Assembly (NCBI GenBank): GCA_030704615.1
Contig: CM060734.1
Location: 38,564,001-38,628,000 of the forward strand
DNA from: Takakia lepidozioides
Taxonomy: Eukaryota; Plantae; Bryophyta
Direction of reading: 5' to 3'
Length of the DNA stretch: 64,000 nt
Made by a program: the position numbers and the translations under genes. Of the stretch, positions 51,351 to 63,557 are shown one piece after another (the first letter of the stretch is position 1; each line of letters begins with the position of its first letter). The notes below the pieces were generated by a model. That model worked only from the letters and a program-made list of their open reading frames with translations. It made no database searches and was not told the origin of the DNA.

Positions 51351-52889
51351 AGAGGACTGTTAGTCAAAGGCTTTTGGAAGAAAAACCCAAAACCTTCCAA
51401 GCTCATACTATGGAGTTGCTCCTATCTCTTTTCTTTTTCTTTTTTTCCCTTTTGTGGTCCTCTTAATTGTGACTCTTTGGATTTATTTTTCTTTTTTCTT
51501 TTTTTCTTTCTGGTCCTCTTAAAATCTTAGTATATCATAACTGAAAATCAAGTTAACAAGCGGCTCGTCGCGCGTAATAGCTCCTCCTTTTGGTGACTAC
51601 CTATTAGAGTATTATGATGATGTTATATGTTGGTAGCAAGAAATGTAATTAGGTAATTTTAAAGCAATAAATACAGGTTTATGGTCCGTCCAATATGCTT
51701 ATGTAACGTTGGTGACGTGCATTTGTCCAAACATGGTCTAGTTGAGATCCATAAATAGTAATAGAAAATATTGTTGGTTTTTTCAGTCGACTCGTAAAAG
51801 TTTTATATATGTCTATTTCTAAATAAATTCGTCGAATGAAGTATTGTATTAACATTCATTTTATTTAGTGTATCAAATATATTGTTTGTTATATTTGCAT
51901 ATCGTCTTGTAGTCATCTAAATCTCTAATCATCATCTAAATCTTGTTGAAAAGGTTCTAAAACCTCAGTTGAATGCATGGGGGTAATGGATAATGAAACC
52001 GGCATACTGCTTGATTTTTTTTGTACAAGCTCGTTTGTGTCGATGAATAGTTAGAATTGTAAATTATAAATGATATTATATAAGAAATATATGATAAATA
52101 ATAATGAAAATCTTAAGAGTATATGAAATATTTAAAAAATTTGATTTTACAACGTTAATGTTAGTAGATGTGAAATGGTATATAAATTGATGGATTTAGA
52201 GGAACTTGAAGGGATCTAAGATCTGAAAAAACAAGAGATTTTAAAAAATATGAAAAATACGGACACTATTAGACTGAAAAAAATCCTTTCATAATTAAAT
52301 ACTTAAATCAAAATAAAAACCTATATTTATTTATATATAGATATATAACAAATTTAAGAATAATTGGAAACTGATAAATATGAGTATTGTTTTTATAAAA
52401 TAGATATATTGATTAATTATAATTTTGTTTTTAATGACAACAATTTTGTTTTCAAGAAGATAACAACAAATTAACAACTAAATGAGTTTATAATAATTGT
52501 ATTAACTTCTAAATATGAAAATATCAATACGATAAAGACTTAATATATTGAAATTAAATTTATTTATTTATTTATTTATAATAAAAAAAATATTTTAATT
52601 TACAACTTAATTATTTGAAAAACTAATTCTTCATATATAAATTGATGGATCTAAAGGGACCTGAAGGGATCTGAGATCTGAAAAAACTAAAGGTTGTCAC
52701 AGTGCATTACCTATGATCGCAGCTCGGCAGTGTGTACAAACTGCCGCACTTTCTGCCAGGCTGTATGCATGCATCCAACCGCCCCAAGATGTGGACTTGC
52801 AATTGTCGTGCACCTAAGCATCGTGCCACAACATACATTGCTGTCCATCACACATTCTAAGCATACAATTCTAGAAAGTTATGCCACAA

Positions 52890-53256
52890 TGATAATGGAA
52901 AGTGAACACAATGGAATCCCTCTACTCATGAATCCACTCAATCACATAAACTAAGTCAAGCCAATTGCACCCTTGCTAAGGGAATCCACCCTACAAAGCC
53001 CTCACCACACTCCCTCTCAATACTTAGAGCTATGGAGGTGAGAGAGAGACTCATGGAGGCTCAACTACAAGAAGATGAGTCCTCCTCAACCCTCACAAGG
53101 GGAAAATCCATCCCCATGTCCCAAGTGAGGCTTGACACCTCACTTGGCATATGAGACAATGAAGTCTCAACACGCAAAATATAAATACGAATATCTAAAG
53201 TGTCCTAGTTAACTAGAAATAGGTAATTCTAGTTAACCATGACTAAAACCATGACA
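52890..53256. mobile_element. Solo-LTR-like insertion (TG...CA, 367 bp) inside the LTR of the DNMT element
   Basis: tgataatggaaag...aaaaccatgaca, flanked by 85-bp direct repeats 52804-52888 and 53259-53343. Confidence 0.55.
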
Positions 53257-53613
53257 GCTGTCGTGCACCTAAGCATCGTGCCACAACATACATCGTTGTC
53301 CATCACACATTCTAAGCATACAATCCTAGAAAGCTATGCCACAATCGCCCCCTAGCTGGTGATTAGGTCCCTCTAACACCGGATAGCCGACAAGTATCCA
53401 TCTCAATAAAATCATTGTTTGGTCTTCAATCGCACAAGTCCCAACATCTAAAGTCGATAGATCAAGAGGCCGGGTGCAAAAGTAGCCCCATCATTAGTCG
53501 TCTTTCTACAATCCATGATCTTCAGTTAAGTATCCATGGCATTGAAGCCCCACTAGCTAGGCCTTGGATCACTTGTCAGTCTCACCATTGTCATACCCAC
53601 TACCTCTGTCCAA

Positions 53614-53749
53614 AACATCGTGGACATAACCACTCTCCGCTAGCAACCTCCTCAAATGGCGGTGTTAAACATCTTATGTGCCACCCCCTTGAGCATTTGT
53701 CACACACCAACATGGTTGCGGCACCACCAGCATGCCCACATAGTACGCA
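53614..53749 (-). other. PHD finger at the integrase C-terminus
   Basis: CVLCGHAGGAATMLVCDKCSRGWHIRCLTPPFEEVASGEWLCPRC, a complete C4HC3 pattern. Confidence 0.92.
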
Positions 53750-56305
53750 ACGCAACCCTGCAAGTACCACCGCAAGGTTAGGATCTATCCTCTCATCCAC
53801 ATGTGGGAGGTGACATGGCGCACAATTGCGCACATGGTCCTTCCATACCATGCCATCTCGACCTTCCAGAATCAACACTCCTGAAGGTAACACCTCCCTG
53901 ACCCTTAGAATCACACATCATGTTGTGACATCCAAGGTCGTAGGTGCTGTCTGCTACAGACACACATAGTCTCCAGGGTTGAATCTCCGAACATCCGGTC
54001 GCTATCCGCCTCCACGTATGGTGACATACCTCAATGTGTTTTGGTGTTGGGCAATAGTAAGGTTCTCAAAAACCATAGGCATGACTCTCTTGAACAACTC
54101 TGCCCGGTGGTCACACGCTTGTGTCCACACATTTGGATCATCAAGGTCAAGGACTACTGCAGCCTCCCTGCAAATAGGCAAATCTGGCTCTCGGCCGAAG
54201 AGAAGAAAGTAAGGTGAGAAGGAGGCAAGTGATGCTTCGTTTGCTGAACCTGTAGCCCATAGCCAACCAAGGTAGCTGAAGGTCCCAATCTCCCAGGTGT
54301 CCCTTCTGCAAACCGTACTTGCGCAAACCCCTCTTGACTGTCTGAACAACTCTCTCCGCCAAGTCATCAGCCTCGGGATGATCCCGAGAAATAGTGCAGT
54401 GATCTATCAAAGCTTGCTCACACAAAGCCTGAAACTCCCCCAAGAACTATCTCCCCTGGTCCATGATTACCTCGGCTGACGCACCAAATTGGCTAAGCAC
54501 TCGATCTAAGAATGCATACGCAGCCCCCTCACTTGCCTTGTCAGGCAATGACACCAGCTCAATCCATTTGGAGAAGTATTCCACCATCACCAGCACATAT
54601 TTGTTGTGACGCATCGTCAGTGACAATGGTCCCGCGAAGTCAAGACTCCATCAATATCCCAATCCCATGATGGGTAAAGGATGCAATTGTGGAGTAGGTG
54701 CATTAAATGAAGCACGCACCTATCACACACCATGCACATTGTCACTAACTGTTGCACATCTGTGTGCATGCCCCGCCACCAATACTGCCCTTGCAGCAAA
54801 CTATAAGTGCGCCGCATCCCAAAATGTCCCAACTCCTCATGGGCATGGCGTACCAATCGCGCTCGTTGTGTTGGATGAGGCACAATCCTCACTCGTCCAT
54901 CCTCCCATATTCAGAGAAGGTGAGTCCCCTCCCACTTAAACCTCTTGGCCCGTTGTAGGATCCGATCTCTCTTCTTAACAGTCACACTGGCTGCTGTCTC
55001 TCAGGTACGAAGGTAGGCCAACACTGTTGCATCTTCATGCACATCCTTAGCACCACCAAGCTCCTCATTGATCTCTGGATCGTCATGCACACTATCTCCA
55101 TGACCAATCACATGGGATGGACCAGCTTGAGCTCCCATTGCTAGAATGCACAAAAAGGTAGATGCATGTCATCCTGGCACCATCTCCTCATCTGTCTCAC
55201 CATGCCACCGAGCTTCAGTATCATCATGTTCGCTCATGCATGGATTACGACTCAACCCGTCTGCATCCCGATTGACTACACCGGCTTGATGCACCACCTG
55301 GAAGTCATACTCTTGAAGAATAAGTGCAAGCTTCCCTGTAAGCTTGTTTGACTCCATCAACCACTTCAATGGTTGGTGATCCCTGACAAGGGTGAAGAGA
55401 TTATCATAGAGGTAGCATCTAAAATGTGCCATTGCCCATACTGCAGCTAGACACTCCCCTTCATATGAACTATATTTCGCCTCAACATCATTATTCGAGC
55501 GGCTAACATATGCCACTACGAACTCTCTTCCCTCATCATCCACATGTGTTGGCATTGCTCCAATCCCCAGCATACTCCAATCCGTATGTAGCTGGAAAGG
55601 CCGCCTCAAAACAGGTGCAGAAGTTAATCGAGCCTTAAGTTCCTCAAAGGCTTCATCCTGCTCCTCCTCCCACTGCCACTCCTGACCCACCTTGGTCAAC
55701 TTAGTAATAACCTTTGCAATGCTGCTAAATCCCTTGACAAACCGTCGATAGTAGTTTGCCAATCCCATGAAAGTGAACTCTGCTAATATCTATGGGGCGT
55801 GGAATGCGTGCAATGGCCTCCACCTTCGTCTTTTGAACACCCAATCCTCCAGGGTATATCATGTGGCCCAGATACTCAATCTGGCTGTGCAATTTCAACC
55901 CATGCGTTCTCAAGCGTTCAAACACCACCTGAAGGTGTCTCTCATGCTCCTCAACCGTGGCACTAAAGATGATGATATCATCAATGTAGCACCGGATAAA
56001 GTCTAGCCCCACAAGAATCTTATCTATGACCCTCTGAAACTCTAAAGGAGCATCTTTCAACCCAAACGGTAGGAACCGCCATTGGTACAAGCAATCCTTC
56101 CCATGTTTGTCAATCCCCCATAATGTCGTCTTTTGCTTGTCAGCCTCTTTGATTGGCAACTGGTAGTAACCGGATCGCAAGTCCAATGTGCTAAACACCT
56201 TTGCATGCCCAATGGCATCAAAAATCTCCTCTGGAGTTGGCATGGCATATCTATCAGACTTAGTCTGATGGTTCACAGGACGGTAGTCCCCACACATCCT
56301 CTTTT

Positions 56306-56487
56306 GGGCATGGGTTGTGTTCAATTGCAGGAGTAAGAATCTGTGATAAGCTGCACACTAAGAGTTTGGGTGGCGTAGAGATAGTAGAAAGGTGCTTTAT
56401 TGGCAGCTGCATAACTAGAACCTTGGACTGGGGTCTATGGCCTTTACATCTAATGTCGGCTTATGTGTTGCCCTTCGGCAGTGTCCC
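56306..56487. mobile_element. About 180-bp insertion interrupting RT
   Basis: Splits KKDIYGNWL / KRMCGDYRPVN; ends GGGCA...TGTCCC are short imperfect inverted termini. Confidence 0.6.
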
Positions 56488-56829
56488 TTGAGCCAATTGC
56501 CATAGATATCCTTCTTAGCTGGTATCACCGTTGCCGAGGCATACTCCCCACCTGACAACTCCACCAATCCAGCTTCGAACAACTCCATAGTCCGTGACTG
56601 GATCAAAATCCTCTCCATGTCACTATACCTGTAGGGCCTTCGAATAATTGGCGTGTCACTTGCCAAATGAATACAAATCTTCTGGCCCTTCAAATTCCCC
56701 AAATCCTTCAAACCGAAGGTAAAGCAATTTCTATAAGCCTTTAGAAATCGCTGGATCCTCCATCTCTCTCCTCCAGTGACTGTAGGTCCGATATCTGGTT
56801 CCGAATTGTCCTCAGTGACTGCAACCTTG

Positions 56830-57720
56830 GGTTCGGCGTGATGCCTCTGATAGAGCTGGCACAGCTGTAGTGCCGGTGGCAAACCCCATTGCGTGTTCTC
56901 ACTCATCCGCATTGGGCTCCACCAATTGCTGTAGCACATTGTCTCAAATCAACCCAAGACCATTGTCTCAAAAAGCATGAGACGAGGGAAATCTCATGAG
57001 TGTAGGCAAGGCTGTACGTGGCTGCCCCACTCAATTGACCACCGTCAAATTAGGTGGACGGTCATCATGTCGCACCCTTTGTGGTTGTTTCCCTTGGTCC
57101 AAAATGCCCTCAACCGTGAGATTGGGTGGCCGTTGAATGGAATTGTATGCTCTCTTGAGCAGCTCTGGTGGTGCAAGATTGGTCCACCACAATCGAGGTC
57201 GATGCGCCCGTGATCCCACCGCTGCTGCATCCAATAGCACGACCGATCCAATCCACGACCGCACCTGATGCACATTAGTCATAACTTTGGCCCGAGAATC
57301 CCCCATGAGAGGAACATTCTCCAAAATGTAAGCTGGAGGTTGCACTTGCCTCACTTGCAAGTCACGCAACACTCGCAACATCTCACAAAACAGATGCGAC
57401 CTTGCATCATGCAAACCATTACCATGACCTGCGGGAGAATGTCCTTGGCAAGGCTACCCTGCTATCACCAAGTCAATGGGACCATGCCGGTCCAAATCCT
57501 CCACCCCCAGCAAGGTAATGTCTGCTGGCAAGGCTTTTGATACCCTTGAATTGCTAAGAGAGACAACAACTCAGGATACCGGTGTGTGAGCAAGGCATGT
57601 GGCGCATAGAAATACGCCGAGCAATCTCATCCTTCTGCGTACTTTAATCCTAGCTTGCAACACTCCTGCAAGCCCAGTGCTCATGCCTCCAAACACTTCT
57701 AGCAAACAAATCTCTGAGTC
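56830..57720 (-). pseudogene. DNMT3-like C5 cytosine DNA methyltransferase domain within retrotransposon pol (inactivated)
   Basis: Motif I ICLLEVFGGMSTGL; II (partly deleted) KDEIARR; III PADIT; IV PIDLVIAG*PCQG (TAG at 57456-57454, probably from TGG); V GLHDARSHLF; VI YILENV; VIII LDAAAVGSRAHRPRLWWTN; IX EPNADE*EHAMGFATGTT...SEASRR. Motif X is missing. Confidence 0.92.
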
Positions 57721-60700
57721 AGGTGGTTGCTAGGTAATGGGCACTGTGTCCAATGGAGCTAACTGAGGAGGTCCCTGGAGGCGATGTCACTGAATTCCCC
57801 TCACCCACCAATGGAAAGGCCTCCTGCCATGCTTGCTGCACACACTCGCATGCTACTCGATGCAAATTCCCAACTGTACCCCCACAGTGAGCTATGCATA
57901 GGCACATGAGGAAGCAACTCAGCCTTCTATGCCAATTGCTTGTCCTCATCAGGTGGTATTCTATCATCAGCATGGCTATTGCCCTCCAAGAGCTCACCAC
58001 CCCAAGCCACCACCCCTGATAATGTAGCCAATGTGGGCATCATGTTCCTATGATCCACCGCTACATTCCCAATAAACCGCACTGGGAACAGTGCACGTCG
58101 GCCATCTCCTGACTGCCACTCCGGCCTGTAGGATGTCGTTTCCTCCCAAAAGTCCAGAGTAAATCCCATGGAATACAACACAGCCCCACCAACAAGCACA
58201 TCATATGACATCGCGTCCGTAACAATGGCTTTAGCTCTCATGACTGAGCCGTCCGTAGGATGATCCGGCTGCAATCGAATGAAGAGTTTATGGCGTGTAA
58301 TCCCTCGCGCCTTCTCTGAACCACCTAAAAATGTCTGAATCTGGAAAGGGCAAGGCTCCAAACAATACTCGCAGTGGCCTATACCTCCTCCCGGTTGGGC
58401 CACCAACTGAAACACTCTATCCTGCTTGTCCACCAGGACTACCCCAGGAGTCATCATGCTGCGCTCAATGGCTGGCCTAGCTGACAACTTCTGCAACCGT
58501 GCAGCTGCCGCTTGCCATGGCGCAGCTGTGGCTGATTTCACCCTCGAATCTAAGGCATCCATAGACTGCACCATCTGCTATCCCTGCAGATAGTGTCGAT
58601 GCATCACCACTCTCACAGAGTTTAGCTGCTAGTCTAAACACAACAGCTGGCCGAATCCCCGTCATTGCAAAAAACAATGGAGCTTGACAAACCGCCGTAG
58701 CCGCCCCCAACAATGTACTGGCTGCATTTTGCTATGCAGCACCACCCACTGGCATTTCCTGAGCCATGTCAACTCTCCCCATTGGCACTCTTGCAGGCTC
58801 TACCTCTGACACACTTGGACGAGCCGACACCATCGATGGTGTGGTTGGCACTGTCTCGGCCCATGTGAAAGACTGGGGAAGCCTTGTCTGTCGACTTGCT
58901 TCCCCTCTCTGGGGATCAAAATCCATATCTGCTCCCCTTGGCTCAGGAGCACGAGTTGTTGCTCGAGTGACAACAGCTGCAGAGTCCATATGCAATGGTC
59001 TTGCAAGTGCGGCTCCACACATGAAGCCCATACCAATCTGGTCTTCCTTAGGCATATGAGGTTGTGCAAGTGGAGCTTGAGCCTCAAGCCTTGGGCTGGT
59101 GCAACATGAGTAGTGGCCATGGCAGCAAGACGTTGCTCTAGCTGGGCAAGTCTATCCACCATGCCTTGGTCTTGACCTTGACCCTGACCATGTGCTCCTT
59201 GGTGTTGCTTACGACCTCCACCACAACCTCTGCCTCCTCTACCTCTCTGAGCTACATTGCCTCGTCCTTGGCCACCATTGTTCCATTGGAACTGGCCTGG
59301 TCGTAGCTCAGGATGCAGGTCTTAACAATGGGCCTCCCCATGCCTCAAACTCTCAGTAGGCTTTCGCTGGAACTCTTGCAAACTCCGCAACTTCTCCGTT
59401 CTCACCCCTTGGTAGTTCCTTCTCAACTCTTGGAAGAACTCCACAATTGGGTTGAAGGCAGGCATAGGTGTTGGTGCAATGGCAGGAGCTACAGTGGATG
59501 TCCCAACTAATCCTGATTCACTTGTTCCACTGCTGCTTGCAGAAGCCGTTGGTGTAGCTGCTGTCGTTGTTGTCGTGGATCTTGCTGCTGTGCCCCTAGT
59601 AATGGAGACATAGTCAGGTGACCAATATTGTCGCCACTCCTCAATCTCCACCTCATTTCCCCGCCTAAATTCATGGTAGTCGTCCATGGGCGGCCCTTCA
59701 AGGTGCTGGAATAGCTCCTTCCACGCCATAAAAGGCGTAAACAATTGTGGATTACGCATTTGCTGCAAATCACACCAACTATCAAACTCCTGTATGAAGT
59801 CATCAAGCTCGATGGTGCCCACAGCTCCAGAGTACCTACGTAGCCCCTTGGTAGCTCCATACATCTCCTCCATCGTGTCCCACAACAATGGTACGGAAAT
59901 GGCTTGCACCCTCGGCGAGAATCCTCCTGACTCCGAGTCTGACTTCTCCATGATGTTGGATTTCAAGAGCAAGGCACTAACTCAACTTCATGGAGACAAT
60001 CAAAGCGGGATCAATTTCTCAGAAGACACCGGAGGTGAAGGTGGCCTAAACCACACACCTCGTCTTGTGTACCCACTAGTATTGCTGGTGCTCGCACCGG
60101 CACTCCCCTCAGCAACTGGTGGCACCTCCGTGATGAAAACTCACAACCACACCTATTGTAAACATGTCTCTAATCCCCCTCTCCACAAGGTAACCGGGTA
60201 GAGAACCTGTTGCGGCCTATGGCTTAGACTAGTATTAGGTTCGTAACATAAACCTGCATCTGCATCTGCATCCACCGCAAACACTCATATGGTCTGCTGG
60301 TCATCAACCCAGCCTCACCATAAGATAAACTATGATGGTCTGACTAGTCGTCACCCCAGCCTCACCACCGACAGCACGCTCTAGGATTGGCCGGTGATCA
60401 AATCCGGACCAACCTCCTATGAAAACAAGCGCCCACACAAAACTGACATGGCGCACAGTCAAGCATGCAGATGTGGGGGGGATCCAAACACAAGAAAATC
60501 AAGACAGTAACTCCCCCACACCAAAAAATATTCCACAGTGTCGCTCCTGCAAGGACACCCCAGCCCAAACCCGGACTGACTCTTGCCTCTACCTACACAG
60601 AGGTGTTGGCCTACACAGAGGGTGGAAGACTACGGGGAAGATAGACTAAAGCAATTCCTAATCCCAGAATGCTCTCATCCCACTAGTCTCCCCGTATCTC

Positions 60701-60839
60701 TAAACGCTCTTGCTCATGACCAACAAACAGGACTACCTTCCAGGATCTCTCAAATAACTTTCCAAGAACCCTCAAGATGTCTCTCAAACAATCTCACTAA
60801 GGCCCCCAAAGCCTGTACAATTGGACTCCAAATAGTCCA

Positions 60840-61115
60840 CCAAGGCCCCAAGAGCCTGCCAAATCTTGGCCCTCAAGGACCCCAAATAGTCCTTCAAACA
60901 AGTCGCCAAAGACTCCTTAAGCTGGCCAAATATTGGCCTCCAAGGACCCCAAATAGTCCTCCAAATAGCTCTCCTACGGCTCCAAATGTTTGCCAAATAT
61001 TGGTCTTCAAGGACCCCCAATAGTCCTCCAAACAGTCCTCCAAACACCCCTTCAAGAGCTCTTCAAGTGTCTTACAAAAACTCCTCAAAGGACCCCCCAA
61101 AGATCCTCCAAAGGC
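60840..61115. repeat. Degenerate short tandem repeats (ggacccccaaatagtcctccaaa-like), probably retroelement UTR
   Basis: Motif recurs about 5-6 times. Confidence 0.7.
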
Positions 61116-61192
61116 AATACTCCTCCAAATACACCATAGATGTCATACACTTGTAATGAAAACGTATGGTGGGCAAAGTCTCTCCACTTGTA

Positions 61193-61386
61193 TCCATACT
61201 CTGTTCACAAAAGTGTATGTTGGGACAGAGGGAGTCCATACACTGCTCAAAAAACGTATGTGGGGCAGAGGGGGCCCATACACTGTTGACAAAAGAGTAT
61301 GTTGGGCAGAGGGGGCCCATACTCTGTTCACAAAAGTGTATGGTGTAGCAGAGGGAGCCCATACTCAGTTTGTTGAAGTGTATGGA
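61193..61386. repeat. Tandem array of 40-42-bp units with internal dyad (CCATAC...GTATG)
   Basis: Units start at 61193, 61235, 61275, 61316 and 61358. Confidence 0.85.
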
Positions 61387-63503
61387 GACTAGGGTTTGTA
61401 GAGTATAGTAAGAAACACCATACACATGATTGCTCATGATCCATGCTTCTACCCCAAGCCTTAAGGCATTTATTTAGTGGTGAGAAACACCTTCTTCATG
61501 GTATCTTCCCACCCTAACATGCATGCAAGATTGCATTGTCTTACCTTGCAATGCATTCATCACAAATTGACAAGTTCCTCTTGATCTCCTTGGAACTCAT
61601 AGCAAGATAATGTGCCCAATGACAAGCGCCAAGCCTTGCTTCAATTTGAATTTTGTATGCCATCTTCCATGTGCTTCCCTTTGGGCTAGTCATACACACT
61701 TCCACCTCTTGACCTAGGTGTTGTCTTCATTCACCATAATGTGTATCCACACCTCAATTCAAGAGCTCATCTTCTCAAACTTGAAGTCACAAGCCCTAAA
61801 GAGCATGTTTCACATAAGCATCACTTGCTTGATCAACCATCCACCACAAAACTTAAGCAAAAAGGGAATGAATACATGAGCTTCACCTTCCTCTTCCTTG
61901 TCTTGTCACATGCTAATGTATGGTTGAAGTTGTTATGCACGCCTTGAGCCACAATCTCCTTTCTTCATGAAGACCACCTCCAATGATCTCCCACATGTGC
62001 TCCAAGCTCTTCAATACTCTAGGCTTGGTTTCACATCATCATGGATAGAATTCTCTTCTCTTTGGAGTCATCTTGAGCTTCTTGATGCTCTCCAAGTGGT
62101 TGTTTTTGTTGTCTTCAAGCCCTAGCCTATGTAGCTCCTTGGCTTTTCAGCTTCCACAACTGCATGCACCACCTCATACACAAGGAATGAACTTGCTCAC
62201 GTCACCTTCTAGCTCTCCTCAAGCTTGAATTGGAAGCCATTCCCTAAACTCGTGCACATCCGAGCCAAATCTCTCCTCGCCTTCCAGATGCGGAACTCTG
62301 GACACCAGAGGCCTCCGCACACATGCTGACAGCCCTGGCTATCTTGTTGGGATCCCTCGATCTTCTTACAGCTTGCAACATCAACTCAGACTTATCGGGA
62401 CCATTGCCACCAACGCCACCCCGCAAGAACTCCCGATATCTCGTTTGTTGCTGTAGAGCTCGTATTTGATCAACTTCCCGTCGATACCGTAAACCTCTCT
62501 TTCAAGGAAGCCACTGGAAGCCTCAAAGTGCATAGTCCCATGACTTGTGTGTGGATTCTTGTTACAAATGACTGTGGGGATTATATTTCTACGCCGTTAG
62601 AGTTCGCACCGATACTAACGAGGCCATCCTGTCATCGTCTTCTATGTCCCAAACCGTTAATATGGAAGGTTGAGCCTAAACCCAGATATTTGAAAAGCTG
62701 ACATACCGTTAAAGAGTCTTCCAAAAACAGTTGTTAAGCAGTTATGTGCCTATACCGACCCAAGTGAAAAGATGGCGGAGGCGAAAGTATTGGAATCCAA
62801 TGTCATCCCAACTTGTTGAGGCACATGGAAGCCGACAATGCAATATTGAGTGCAGGGTTGTAGAAAATTCGGCGGAGAACCAATGATACGTGGCATGTTG
62901 TGCCGCATATGAAGAGTTCAAACCGGGAAAAACCAGCAGAAGCTAGCCTAATAACTCATCCATCCAAATCGAATTTATTAACCAAGCAATAGTAGTACTA
63001 ATGGCCATACCTAACTAGTTCAAGACGGCGGCCACTGCCGAAAGGACAAATGTGCATTTGTGAGGTGGACACGTATGCCATGAACACATGCATAACGAGA
63101 TCGAGGCCCCGGCTGGTACTAATCGCACGACGTCTCGCAGCCCAGTAGTTCGTGATATTAAGCTGGAGAGTATCAGGAGACTGAGTTCCCAACAAGAGAG
63201 TGGAAGACGTAGAAGATAGTATTCTTTTTTCACTTCAGCGAGAGACAAGAAGAAGGCGAGAGAGAGAATGAGAGCTCGCAAGCTCACATGACGATGAAGG
63301 AGATAGCAGAGGAGAGCGCGGCCCTGGAAATAGCACATGGCGGAGGAGGACCAGCCGCGCGGAGAAGCTAGTGAATGAGGGGATGAAACAGCAACAGAGG
63401 GCGACCCTGACGACACGGACACAGAGGAGCCCGACACCCTTTTGAGGAAGCGCAGGAAAGGAAGGAGAACCAATATATATATATATATAATATTATTTTC
63501 CAC

Positions 63504-63557
63504 TTGTGGCCCTCCAAAATTGAGTGCGTTGACGCACACAGTTTCAGAGGGCCACAA
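63504..63557. repeat. 54-bp imperfect palindrome, with the core repeated near 63670
   Basis: ttgtggccctc-caaaattgagtgcgt-tg-acgcacacagtttca-gagggccacaa forms a 26-bp stem with 4 mismatches. Confidence 0.8.

Larger units (their letters stand above)
52695..60130 (-). mobile_element. Decayed Ty3/gypsy LTR retrotransposon with gag-PR-DNMT-RT-RH-INT-PHD architecture
   Basis: Putative 3' LTR TG(52695)...CA(53343) and PPT ctagggggcgat. Then INT+PHD 53600-54900, RH/RT 55170-56700 (KRMCGDYRP, PFGLKDAP, YIDD, LHTDWS, RDHQPL), C5-MTase 56830-57720, protease remnant 57927-58574 (YDVLVG), and gag 59322-59972. The 5' LTR was not found in the window. Confidence 0.9.

Noticed and set aside
60110-60140. Candidate PBS/5' LTR boundary of the DNMT element
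   Set aside because: No TGG-initiated PBS, and no sequence matching the 52695-53343 LTR was found to the right. The boundary is unresolved.
61193-61386. CRISPR-like appearance of the hairpin repeat array
   Set aside because: The intervening sequences are similar to each other rather than unique spacers, there are no cas genes, and the context is eukaryotic.
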